IMG/VR virus record: IMGVR_UViG_3300047476_001426
Span: 32,001 to 96,000 of that record
Length of the DNA stretch: 64,000 bases
Strand: one strand, 5' to 3'
DNA from: a virus
Shown here one piece after another: positions 39,704 through 46,385 of the stretch; within the stretch, counting starts at the first letter, position 1, and every line of letters begins with the position of its first letter. Under the pieces are notes generated by a model. It did not search any database. It worked only from the letters and a program-made list of their open reading frames with translations, and was not told the DNA's origin. Made by a program: the position numbers and the translations under genes.

Positions 39704-39994
39704 CAATGAGTAAGAGATACTCAGGAAGATTGGCTACATTCTGTAAAAAAGTAGTGGTGGTAAAAAAATCCTCGACCTTAATGAGGTATCGATTTGGATA
39801 AAACGGTAGCAAGACTCTGCACCGCCGACGTATAGAGTTGACAGGTTTTTATGTGGTAAGACACTAATGAAAAAGACCCAATGAAGGAGGACGCTTTTAA
39901 GCAATATGTTCAGAGAGCGTTGGGGGATATGGTTCTCGAAACAGTGAGAGAAACCCGTTAAAATCTACTTATTGTAATCTCAGATAAGGAAATT

Positions 39995-40080
39995 GGAGAG
40001 TTGGCAGAGCTGGTTGAACGCGGCGGTCTTGAAAACCGTTTTACTGAAAGGTAACGGGGGTTCGAATCCCTCACTCTCCG
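39995..40080 (+). tRNA. tRNA-Ser(TGA)
   Basis: GCGGT-CTTGAAA-ACCGT with a long variable arm. Confidence 0.92.
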
Positions 40081-40088
40081 CAAATTAT

Positions 40089-40163
40089 GGCCCTTTCGTC
40101 TATCGGTTAGGACAGGTCCCTTTCACGGACCAGAGACGGGTTCGATTCCCGTAGGGGCTACCA
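40089..40163 (+). tRNA. tRNA-Glu(TTC)
   Basis: GGTCC-CTTTCAC-GGACC; encoded CCA. Confidence 0.92.
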
Positions 40164-40179
40164 AACAAAAAAAACCAAT

Positions 40180-40422
40180 ATGTTAGAGAAAATTTTAGAA
40201 CAATATGAGAGTGAGGAAATCTTAATTGCCGATGGATTTGATAATGCGGTTATAGGTATTGATGAATCCACAATGAGATTAATTTATTCCGTTGAGAAGT
40301 GTATAAACATCCTAATGGAACAAGGAATGGATATGACAGAAGCGGTTGAATACTTTGATTTCAACGTCTCAGGTTCATATGTTGGTGAGAAGACTCCAAT
40401 ATGGTGTGATGATTTATTTTAA
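40180..40422 (+). CDS. Small acidic hypothetical phage protein
   Basis: 80 aa; ADGFDNAVIG...YSVEKC..EAVEYFDFN..GSYVGE.TP pattern common in phages. Confidence 0.7.
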   Translation: MLEKILEQYESEEILIADGFDNAVIGIDESTMRLIYSVEKCINILMEQGMDMTEAVEYFDFNVSGSYVGEKTPIWCDDLF

Positions 40423-40462
40423 AAAAAAATTTAAAATTATTTGTAAATAAAAAAACTTTTCG

Positions 40463-40470
40463 TATCTTTG
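40463..40470 (+). promoter_or_regulatory. Bacteroidota sigma70 -7 element driving tRNA cluster 2
   Basis: TATCTTTG with upstream TTTG (-33 element). Confidence 0.8.
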
Positions 40471-40487
40471 TGATAGTTATTTAAGAA

Positions 40488-40592
40488 ATGATGAACTTGG
40501 TATACATACAACAACCGTTGAACAATCCACTTAGTGGTAATGGGAGAGGTATATATTTATGTGACCCAAGTTCGGAGTTAGTCAAATTATAA
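40488..40592 (+). CDS. Leader peptide 2 (MMNLVYIQQPLNNPLSGNGRGIYLCDPSSELVKL)
   Basis: 34-codon ORF between promoter and terminator; carries antiterminator strand AAGTTCGG. Confidence 0.75.
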   Translation: MMNLVYIQQPLNNPLSGNGRGIYLCDPSSELVKL

Positions 40593-40616
40593 GGATAAGA
40601 TAACCTACTATAGATG

Positions 40617-40649
40617 ACCCGAACTTAAATAAAAAAGTTCGGGTTTTTT
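40617..40649 (+). terminator. Attenuator terminator 2
   Basis: ACCCGAACTT-loop-AAGTTCGGGT followed by TTTTT. Confidence 0.85.
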
Positions 40650-40681
40650 GTTTTTAGAGTTTTTTGTTTTTATATTTGAAG

Positions 40682-40704
40682 TGTTCTTTGACATATTGGT
40701 TTAA
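40682..40704 (+). promoter_or_regulatory. boxA-like antitermination element, copy 2
   Basis: Exact 23-nt repeat of 37761-37783. Confidence 0.6.
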
Positions 40705-40710
40705 GTAGTT

Positions 40711-40795
40711 GCCGAGGTGATGGAATGGTAGACATGAGGGACTTAAAATCCCTTGGACAGTAATGTTCGTGTGGGTTCGACTCCCATCCTCGGTA
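40711..40795 (+). tRNA. tRNA-Leu(TAA)
   Basis: AGGGA-CTTAAAA-TCCCT, long variable arm. Confidence 0.92.
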
Positions 40796-40800
40796 CAAAA

Positions 40801-40999
40801 GAAACTTCCTTACAGAAGGTGATAATGCTTCACTGAAAGGACTACTGACTTCCAAGTGGGTCGCAACCACAATCGGAAGGTACGACACGGCTCAGTAGAC
40901 TCTGTAACGGACCCTGCTCTATGGTGCACACATAACAGGTGATGGGGAACAAACCATCGGTAAAATCTAAACCCACGGTGAGCGTGGAAGGAATGTTTC
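40801..40999 (+). ncRNA. Unclassified multibranch structured RNA
   Basis: End-to-end stem GAAAC.TTCCTT/AAGGAA.GTTTC; internal TTACAGA/TCTGTAA, CTACTGA/TCAGTAG and several hairpins. Confidence 0.55.
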
Positions 41000-41009
41000 T
41001 TTTTTTAAT

Positions 41010-41083
41010 GTCTCCGTAGCTCAGCTGGATAGAGCAACAGCCTTCTAAGCTGTGGGTCATTGGTTCGAATCCAATCGGGGATA
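41010..41083 (+). tRNA. tRNA-Arg(TCT)
   Basis: ACAGC-CTTCTAA-GCTGT. Confidence 0.93.
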
Positions 41084-41085
41084 CT

Positions 41086-41225
41086 AAGATAGTGGTCACT
41101 CTCACAATGAAAGTCGACAAAGTAGTTGTGAGGTTCATAGTGTTCAGCACCCTCGGCCAGTGCACTGATAAAACTCAGAAGAAGCCGTTAAGATTGGAGC
41201 GAGACGGGTACTCCATCACTATCTT
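41086..41225 (+). ncRNA. Unclassified structured RNA
   Basis: Closing stem AAGATAGTG/CACTATCTT; internal CTCACAA/TTGTGAG and TGGAG/CTCCA hairpins. Confidence 0.5.
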
Positions 41226-41230
41226 TTTTT

Positions 41231-41305
41231 CGGGATGTAGCGTAGTCCGGTTATCGCGCATGGTTTGGGACCATGAGGTCGCAGGTTCGAATCCTGCTAT
41301 CCCGA
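41231..41305 (+). tRNA. tRNA-Pro(TGG)
   Basis: CATGG-TTTGGGA-CCATG. Confidence 0.93.
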
Positions 41306-41355
41306 CAAAGTCCGAGAGTAATTAACTCGGTACCTGAGAGGTTCGAAACTCTCGA

Positions 41356-41449
41356 TTGATTATGGTGTAATGGCGCACAGCAGAACGGAGTACGGGCATC
41401 GGCCTCGAAAGGGGACGCAGGATTAAGGTTCGAATCCTTATTAATCAGC
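41356..41449 (+). ncRNA. tRNA-like RNA with anticodon arm replaced
   Basis: Acceptor TTGATTA/TAATCAG, D arm GTGT/GCAC, T arm TAAGG-TTCGAAT-CCTTA; about 45-nt non-canonical middle. Confidence 0.6.
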
Positions 41450-41651
41450 AAGCCGTCTTTTTTCATACTCGCACCGATGAGGGGGACTGTTGAGACGTTA
41501 AAGTAACAGTGTAAAGCAATCGGGGGTTTATCCAAGTTACCCACAAACTGGGGTCGTTTTCCTTACCGAAGGAGTTTCCCGACCAATAAACTGAAACTCA
41601 AACGATAGAAAAAAGTAGGGACACATGGGGAAGCTTTAACCCGTCCCGAAA

Positions 41652-41750
41652 TAGTCAGGTGAGTTGGTACTCACGGAGGGTCGTTAAATGGAAAGATACC
41701 ACATCGACGAGGTGGTAAATGCCGAACAGGTTCGAGTCCTGTCCTGACTA
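41652..41750 (+). ncRNA. tRNA-like RNA, TAGTCAGG class, copy 1
   Basis: TAGTCAGG/CCTGACTA stem, GTGAG/CTCAC arm, ACAGG-TTCGAGT-CCTGT; no 7-nt anticodon loop. Confidence 0.6.
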
Positions 41751-41823
41751 CTAAGTAGAGAGAACCGTGAGTTTGCGGATGGAAACAACCATAAAACGAG
41801 CATACGTCATACTCTACTTAACA

Positions 41824-41918
41824 TAGTCAGGTTTGGTACAAGGTCGGTTCGAGTCCGATGGAAGGTCATGGATGTCGGGTAGCTCCCTGTAGAGAGGTTC
41901 GATTCCTCTCCTGACTAC
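41824..41918 (+). ncRNA. tRNA-like RNA, TAGTCAGG class, copy 2 (two T arms)
   Basis: Same terminal stem; TCGG-TTCGAGT-CCGA and AGAGG-TTCGATT-CCTCT. Confidence 0.6.
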
Positions 41919-41995
41919 GATACGGTGTTGACCTGTCCGCGACCGAAATGTATACAAAACAGTGGAGGGTGACAAATAGGGAGAGACCTGTACAT

Positions 41996-42136
41996 GATTA
42001 AGTGGCGAAATTGGTTTACGCGCTGGTCAGTACCCAAAAGAGTGTTGAATGGGGAAAACTGGTGGACATACTACAGACACGAGTAGTAGGAGATTATGTC
42101 TTTAAATCCGTACAGGTTCGAATCCTGTCTTAATCT
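41996..42136 (+). ncRNA. tRNA-like RNA with a long insertion in place of the anticodon arm
   Basis: GATTAAG/CTTAATC acceptor, Leu-type D arm GCGAAATTGGTTTACGC, ACAGG-TTCGAAT-CCTGT. Confidence 0.6.
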
Positions 42137-42263
42137 CGAATGTGGTTCGATTCCACTCGTTAACTGAGGTTTTGGAAAGTAGTCCAATGGAGGTACACAC
42201 TCCACTTAGAAATAAGGTAGAATGATGGAGAACAGTTTGGAGGTGTGGGAAGACACACAAAAT

Positions 42264-42335
42264 TCCTCGATAGCTCAGCGGTAGAGCAAACGGCTGTTAA
42301 CCGTTAGGTCCCAAGTTCGAATCTTGGTCGGGGAG
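42264..42335 (+). tRNA. tRNA-Asn(GTT)
   Basis: AACGG-CTGTTAA-CCGTT. Confidence 0.93.
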
Positions 42336-42411
42336 CAAAAAAATCGTTGATGGAAACATCGAAGGTGTACAATACTAGTAACACCGTAGGTTTGGCGATG
42401 TCCTACAATAG

Positions 42412-42492
42412 GCCTTGGTGGTGGAATGGTAGACACGCTAGTCTTAGGAACTAGTGGCGAAAGTCGTGTCGGTTCGAGTCCGACCTGAGGTA
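42412..42492 (+). tRNA. tRNA-Leu(TAG)
   Basis: CTAGT-CTTAGGA-ACTAG. Confidence 0.92.
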
Positions 42493-42497
42493 CAAAT

Positions 42498-42601
42498 TCA
42501 TTCTTAGTGTTATGAGGTAAAACACTTTGACTCTCACATCGCCTGGTTAGTACTGACCCGAATGTGAGACGAGTAAGTTGGTTCGAATCCAACAGAATGG
42601 A
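42498..42601 (+). ncRNA. tRNA-like RNA with an extended hairpin replacing the anticodon arm
   Basis: TCATTCT/AGAATGG acceptor, GTGTT/AACAC D arm, TCTCACAT/ATGTGAGA hairpin, GTTGG-TTCGAAT-CCAAC. Confidence 0.65.
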
Positions 42602-42663
42602 CAACCCGTCGAAAGCTCATGTTGGTCCGAGTGAGATGGAAACGCGGATATCGGACCCGTTAT

Positions 42664-42745
42664 TGGAAGGTGGGTGAGTGGTTAAAACCGGCAGACTGTA
42701 AATCTGCTCCCATTGGGTACGGGGGTTCGAATCCCTCCCTTCCAA
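42664..42745 (+). tRNA. tRNA-Tyr(GTA)
   Basis: GCAGA-CTGTAAA-TCTGC, variable arm. Confidence 0.92.
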
Positions 42746-42758
42746 CAAAAATATCATT

Positions 42759-43310
42759 ATGAAAAAAAATAAAATAATTTCAGAGATGTTATCAAACATC
42801 ACACCTGAAATGAAAGAAAAATGGAAACAAGAGAGAATTGAACGTAAAAACAAATTAACACCCGAATATCAACTCGGATATTATGTTGGTTTGGAAATTG
42901 TTCACAGATATCTACCAACTCTTTCTACTGATATGATACAATCTCGCACCGTGATTGAAGTTTCTGAAGAAGATACTTTAGAAAATGAAAGATTGGATAC
43001 CGAATGGTATACAACAACAAAACACGGTGGAGAATGGAATGGTGTTGATGAAAACGGCAATAAAGAGAAATGGGATTTATACCATCAACACAATAAAATG
43101 TTGGGAAGGAAATACCTACCAAATCCATTGGAGTGTTACATGAGTTTGTTAAATGTTCAAAACATGGATGAATTTAAAAAAGGTTTAAGGTTCGCATTGT
43201 GGGATTGTGATATGTGTTCATACAATATTGAACCTGAAAACATAAAAATTTACGATGATGAACAAGCCATGTTTACTATTATCGAATTTCAATTAGATTC
43301 AGTGGTGTAG
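42759..43310 (+). CDS. Hypothetical protein in the tRNA array
   Basis: 183-aa ORF; its TAG stop overlaps the 5' end of tRNA-Ile(TAT). Confidence 0.65.
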   Translation: MKKNKIISEMLSNITPEMKEKWKQERIERKNKLTPEYQLGYYVGLEIVHRYLPTLSTDMIQSRTVIEVSEEDTLENERLDTEWYTTTKHGGEWNGVDENGNKEKWDLYHQHNKMLGRKYLPNPLECYMSLLNVQNMDEFKKGLRFALWDCDMCSYNIEPENIKIYDDEQAMFTIIEFQLDSVV

Positions 43311-43377
43311 CTCAATTGGTGAGAGCAGGACTCTTATACAGTCAAGGTTATGGGTTCAAATCCCGTCATCACTACCA
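43301..43377 (+). tRNA. tRNA-Ile(TAT)
   Basis: GACT-CTTATAC-AGTC anticodon arm; encoded CCA. Confidence 0.85.
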
Positions 43378-43428
43378 ATTATCGGTTAAATAACCGATAA
43401 AATAAATTATCGTCGATTTGAACGATAT

Positions 43429-43502
43429 GGTCCCTTAGCTCAGTTGGTTAGAGCAACTGACTCATAATCAGTAGGCCCACGGTTCAAGCCCGTGAGGGAC
43501 CA
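43429..43502 (+). tRNA. tRNA-Ile2 or Met (CAT)
   Basis: ACTGA-CTCATAA-TCAGT; body resembles bacterial lysidine-type Ile2. Confidence 0.85.
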
Positions 43503-43527
43503 CAGAGATATTTATATATAAAAAACT

Positions 43528-43980
43528 ATGGGAATAGAATTAAAAAAGAAAAAACAACTTATCGAAAGATTAAATAAAAGGTTGTTATCGGAAGCCGAAA
43601 TGGAATGTCCAAAACCAACTCAAGATTTGGAATTAAACACCAAAAACAGAGATAAATCAATAAAGGCAGATTATATTAAATATGGTCCACTTAATATTGA
43701 TGAACCGGGAGATTATTGGGAAATGGTTGCATCCGATTGGGATACAACTGTTGAGGCAGCAAAAAAATCACTATGTGGTAATTGTGTTGCTTTTGATATT
43801 TCACCAAGAATGGATGAATGTATGCCGGGTTCTGTTTCTGATGACAGCGGTAGATTAGGTTACTGTTGGATGCATCATTTTAAATGTCATTCAGCAAGAA
43901 CATGTAAAACATGGGCTAAAGGTGGACCTATTACCGAAGACACGGTTTCATACGAATGGCAAGAAAAAAATAAAGAATAA
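43528..43980 (+). CDS. Cys-rich hypothetical phage protein
   Basis: 150 aa; CGNCVAF, GYCWMHHFKCHSARTC; preceded by TATTTATA. Confidence 0.7.
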   Translation: MGIELKKKKQLIERLNKRLLSEAEMECPKPTQDLELNTKNRDKSIKADYIKYGPLNIDEPGDYWEMVASDWDTTVEAAKKSLCGNCVAFDISPRMDECMPGSVSDDSGRLGYCWMHHFKCHSARTCKTWAKGGPITEDTVSYEWQEKNKE

Positions 43981-44043
43981 ATGTAGTCGTACCCTTAACT
44001 CCAAAACTCACAACTGAGTCTCTGTTATGGGAAGGCTACTCCC

Positions 44044-44116
44044 GCGGAAATAGCTCAGTTGGTAGAGCATCACCTTGCCAAGGTGAGGGTCGCGAGTTCG
44101 AGTCTCGTTTTCTGCT
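44044..44116 (+). tRNA. tRNA-Gly(GCC)
   Basis: TCACC-TTGCCAA-GGTGA. Confidence 0.93.
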
Positions 44117-44185
44117 CTAAGTAAACCTTAAAAAGGGCCCTTCCGTTGGTACGACAACGGCTTGTTGAGCCCGGGTTTACTTTTT

Positions 44186-44257
44186 GCGAATATCGTATAA
44201 TGGTCATTACTTCAGACTTCCAATCTGAAGATGTCAGTTCGATTCTGACTATTCGCT
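44186..44257 (+). tRNA. tRNA-Gly(TCC)
   Basis: TCAGA-CTTCCAA-TCTGA. Confidence 0.92.
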
Positions 44258-44310
44258 CAATCATTATAGTGGTCACTAAATCGGGTTAGTGAAAATCTAT
44301 TTGATATTAT

Positions 44311-44381
44311 TGTCCTGTGGTGTAACGGCAGCACATCTGGTTTTGGTCCAGAGAATTGAGGTTCGAATCCTTGCGGGACAA
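44311..44381 (+). tRNA. tRNA-Gln(TTG)
   Basis: TCTGG-TTTTGGT-CCAGA. Confidence 0.92.
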
Positions 44382-44439
44382 CAAAATTTTTAAATTATGA
44401 AAAAAGAAAGAGACTTCTATTAGGTAACACTAATAGAAT

Positions 44440-44709
44440 ATGTCAAAACACAGAAACAGAGCTAAGCTCAAAAACGCAGAATGTGGTAGGGATTACCACC
44501 TAATTTCTTTAAACGAATGGTATCCCCTTTATTGGGATGAGGGGTACAACTTCTATCCACGATGGAGAAGAGGTTACAAAAATCCCAACAAGACAATTCC
44601 AATCTTTAAAGTACGTGAGTACAGAACTTGGAAGTACAACAGAAAAAACCAATATGTTGAGAGGAAAGTTACCCAAGTTGGTGAAGGGGACGGTTTGCTA
44701 AACCGTTAG
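44440..44709 (+). CDS. Small basic hypothetical protein (3' end overlaps tRNA-Ser)
   Basis: Arg/Lys/Trp-rich ORF ending in YRTWKYNRKNQY-type motif common in phages. Confidence 0.5.
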   Translation: MSKHRNRAKLKNAECGRDYHLISLNEWYPLYWDEGYNFYPRWRRGYKNPNKTIPIFKVREYRTWKYNRKNQYVERKVTQVGEGDGLLNR

Positions 44710-44750
44710 GTCGAGTAATCGGCGCGAGGGTTCGAGCCCCTCACTTTCCG
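44663..44750 (+). tRNA. tRNA-Ser(GCT)
   Basis: ACGGT-TTGCTAA-ACCGT, long variable arm. Confidence 0.92.
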
Positions 44751-44781
44751 CAAAATACTTATAAGTAGAATAATATGTAAT

Positions 44782-45243
44782 ATGACAAAATTTAGAACAT
44801 TGTACGGAACACCCATAACTGACGTTATTGGTTACATCAAAGATTATTTGGTTGATAAAACTGATGTTGAGATATTAATTGGTTCGGATTCACAATCATT
44901 TAGTAATTCAAAAACAGTTTACGGGGTGGTTATTGCTCTTTACACAACAGGTAAAGGTGCACACGTACTATGTACTAAAGATATCACACCATTTGAAAAA
45001 GACACATCAAGTAGATTAATGACCGAAGTTTGGAAAGCTGTTGAAGTTGCCGAACATTTGAGAAATAATGGTTTACCAAAAGCCACATGGATTGATATAG
45101 ATTTAAATCCCGACCCAAGATATAAATCAAACAAAGTTTTGAGACAAGCAGTTGGTTTGGTTGAAGGTATGGGATACAAGGTAAGATACAAACACGCAGG
45201 TGCTATGGTGACTTACAGTGCAAACCATTTGGTAAGAATTTAA
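44782..45243 (+). CDS. YkuK-like RNase H-fold protein
   Basis: ILIGSDSQ, RLMTEV, WIDIDLN..SN..GLVEGMGY pattern. Confidence 0.7.
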   Translation: MTKFRTLYGTPITDVIGYIKDYLVDKTDVEILIGSDSQSFSNSKTVYGVVIALYTTGKGAHVLCTKDITPFEKDTSSRLMTEVWKAVEVAEHLRNNGLPKATWIDIDLNPDPRYKSNKVLRQAVGLVEGMGYKVRYKHAGAMVTYSANHLVRI

Positions 45244-45310
45244 AAAAAAGATAAGAGGGCTTGTTTTTTTAAAAAAGTCCTTTTATCTTTGTAATGTAAT
45301 ATTTATAGTC

Positions 45311-45652
45311 ATGAGAAAAAACTAGATTAACAGACTTGTAGTCGTAACCCGTAAAGACTTAAAACCCGGGTACCAAATTGCACAATCGGGACATGCAATC
45401 TCTCAGTTCATTTTAGAACACCCCGAATTGTCGAAACGATGGAACAACAGTTATCTGATTTCATTATCCATCGATTCAGAAGAAAAATTACAACAATTAC
45501 TTTTTAGGTTAGAAGATTCAGGAATACCTGTATCTCATTTCATTGAACCCGATATCGGGAATCAATTAACATCTATTTGCTTTCTCGAAACCGAGGAAAC
45601 AAAAAGATTCACATCATCATTGCCTTTATCCTTAAAGGAATATAATAAATAA
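45311..45652 (+). CDS. Pth2-like peptidyl-tRNA hydrolase with in-frame TAG at codon 5
   Basis: MRKN*INRLVVVTRKDLKPGYQIAQSGHA...EPDIGNQLTSI; VVVTRKDL..G..IAQ..HA is the Pth2 N-terminal catalytic motif. Confidence 0.75.
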
Positions 45653-45672
45653 ACAATTTAATCTTAAAAATT

Positions 45673-45927
45673 ATGAAGTAGATTAACAAAAAATGTGAAA
45701 TTATTTTTCACTTCAACAAGAAACACTTGGAAAATCCGACGATTCCAATGTGGGTTGTGAAATGTCGGGGCGACACTTATTATGTTCATCATGTTGATGT
45801 CTCACCGGGTGTGGGATTCTCAACAAAAGAAACTCCCGATAACCCTCATACCAAAGGGAGTATAAAATTCAAAGCAAATTTGGAAATTGAGGAAAACAAT
45901 AACATAATAACAGCTAAAATTTTTTAA
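45673..45927 (+). CDS. Hypothetical protein with in-frame TAG at codon 3
   Basis: MK*INKKCEIIFHFNKKHLENPTIPMWVVK...; A-rich leader before the ATG; frame continuous with ORF 45727-45927. Confidence 0.65.
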
Positions 45928-45929
45928 AA

Positions 45930-46268
45930 ATGAAAAATACAAAACACAACCCAACAATGATGATTAAATCATCTTTCTCGAACAAGATTCATAATCTTTT
46001 AGGTATCAAACACAAACCATATTCAAAAGAGTGGTTTGAAGGTATGAAACAAAGAAGAGAATTGACTAATGAAGAAAAGTCTAAACTTTTTGATGAAATT
46101 ATGAAGGTGTATGTTGAAACATCCGACGAATTGGTAAACTATCGTAAAGATAGGAGATTAAAAAAATGGGTCAACAAAAAACGTTTAGAAAGAGGATATG
46201 TCCCAAAGAAAAAAACAAAAAAAGAAGATTATGAAAAAAATCTTCAAAATGATTTGGAGATATCTTAA
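45930..46268 (+). CDS. Basic hypothetical protein
   Basis: 112-aa ORF coupled to the previous gene. Confidence 0.55.
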   Translation: MKNTKHNPTMMIKSSFSNKIHNLLGIKHKPYSKEWFEGMKQRRELTNEEKSKLFDEIMKVYVETSDELVNYRKDRRLKKWVNKKRLERGYVPKKKTKKEDYEKNLQNDLEIS

Positions 46269-46385
46269 TTAATATCTACTTTTGAATTGTGATTGAAAAG
46301 TGACAGTGACAAATAGACCAAGTGGGGCACACGTAAAATTGTATCAGTCGAAAGTCGAGGTGATAGACCACCATCAATCACAAAC

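Noticed and set aside
41356-42601. Group I introns in tRNA anticodon loops
   Set aside because: The inserts are 40-85 nt, far too short, and no P7/core motifs are visible.
37596-44276. ORF-track calls overlapping tRNAs (for example 37596, 37834, 39124, 39397, 40670, 40842, 41092, 41251, 42275, 42617, 44070)
   Set aside because: They are incidental frames through GC-richer RNA genes, with no protein-like features.
44397-44438. Third amber read-through candidate (MKKERDFY-TAG)
   Set aside because: The context is not TAGATTAAC, read-through ends after 13 more codons, and it is out of frame with ORF 44440.
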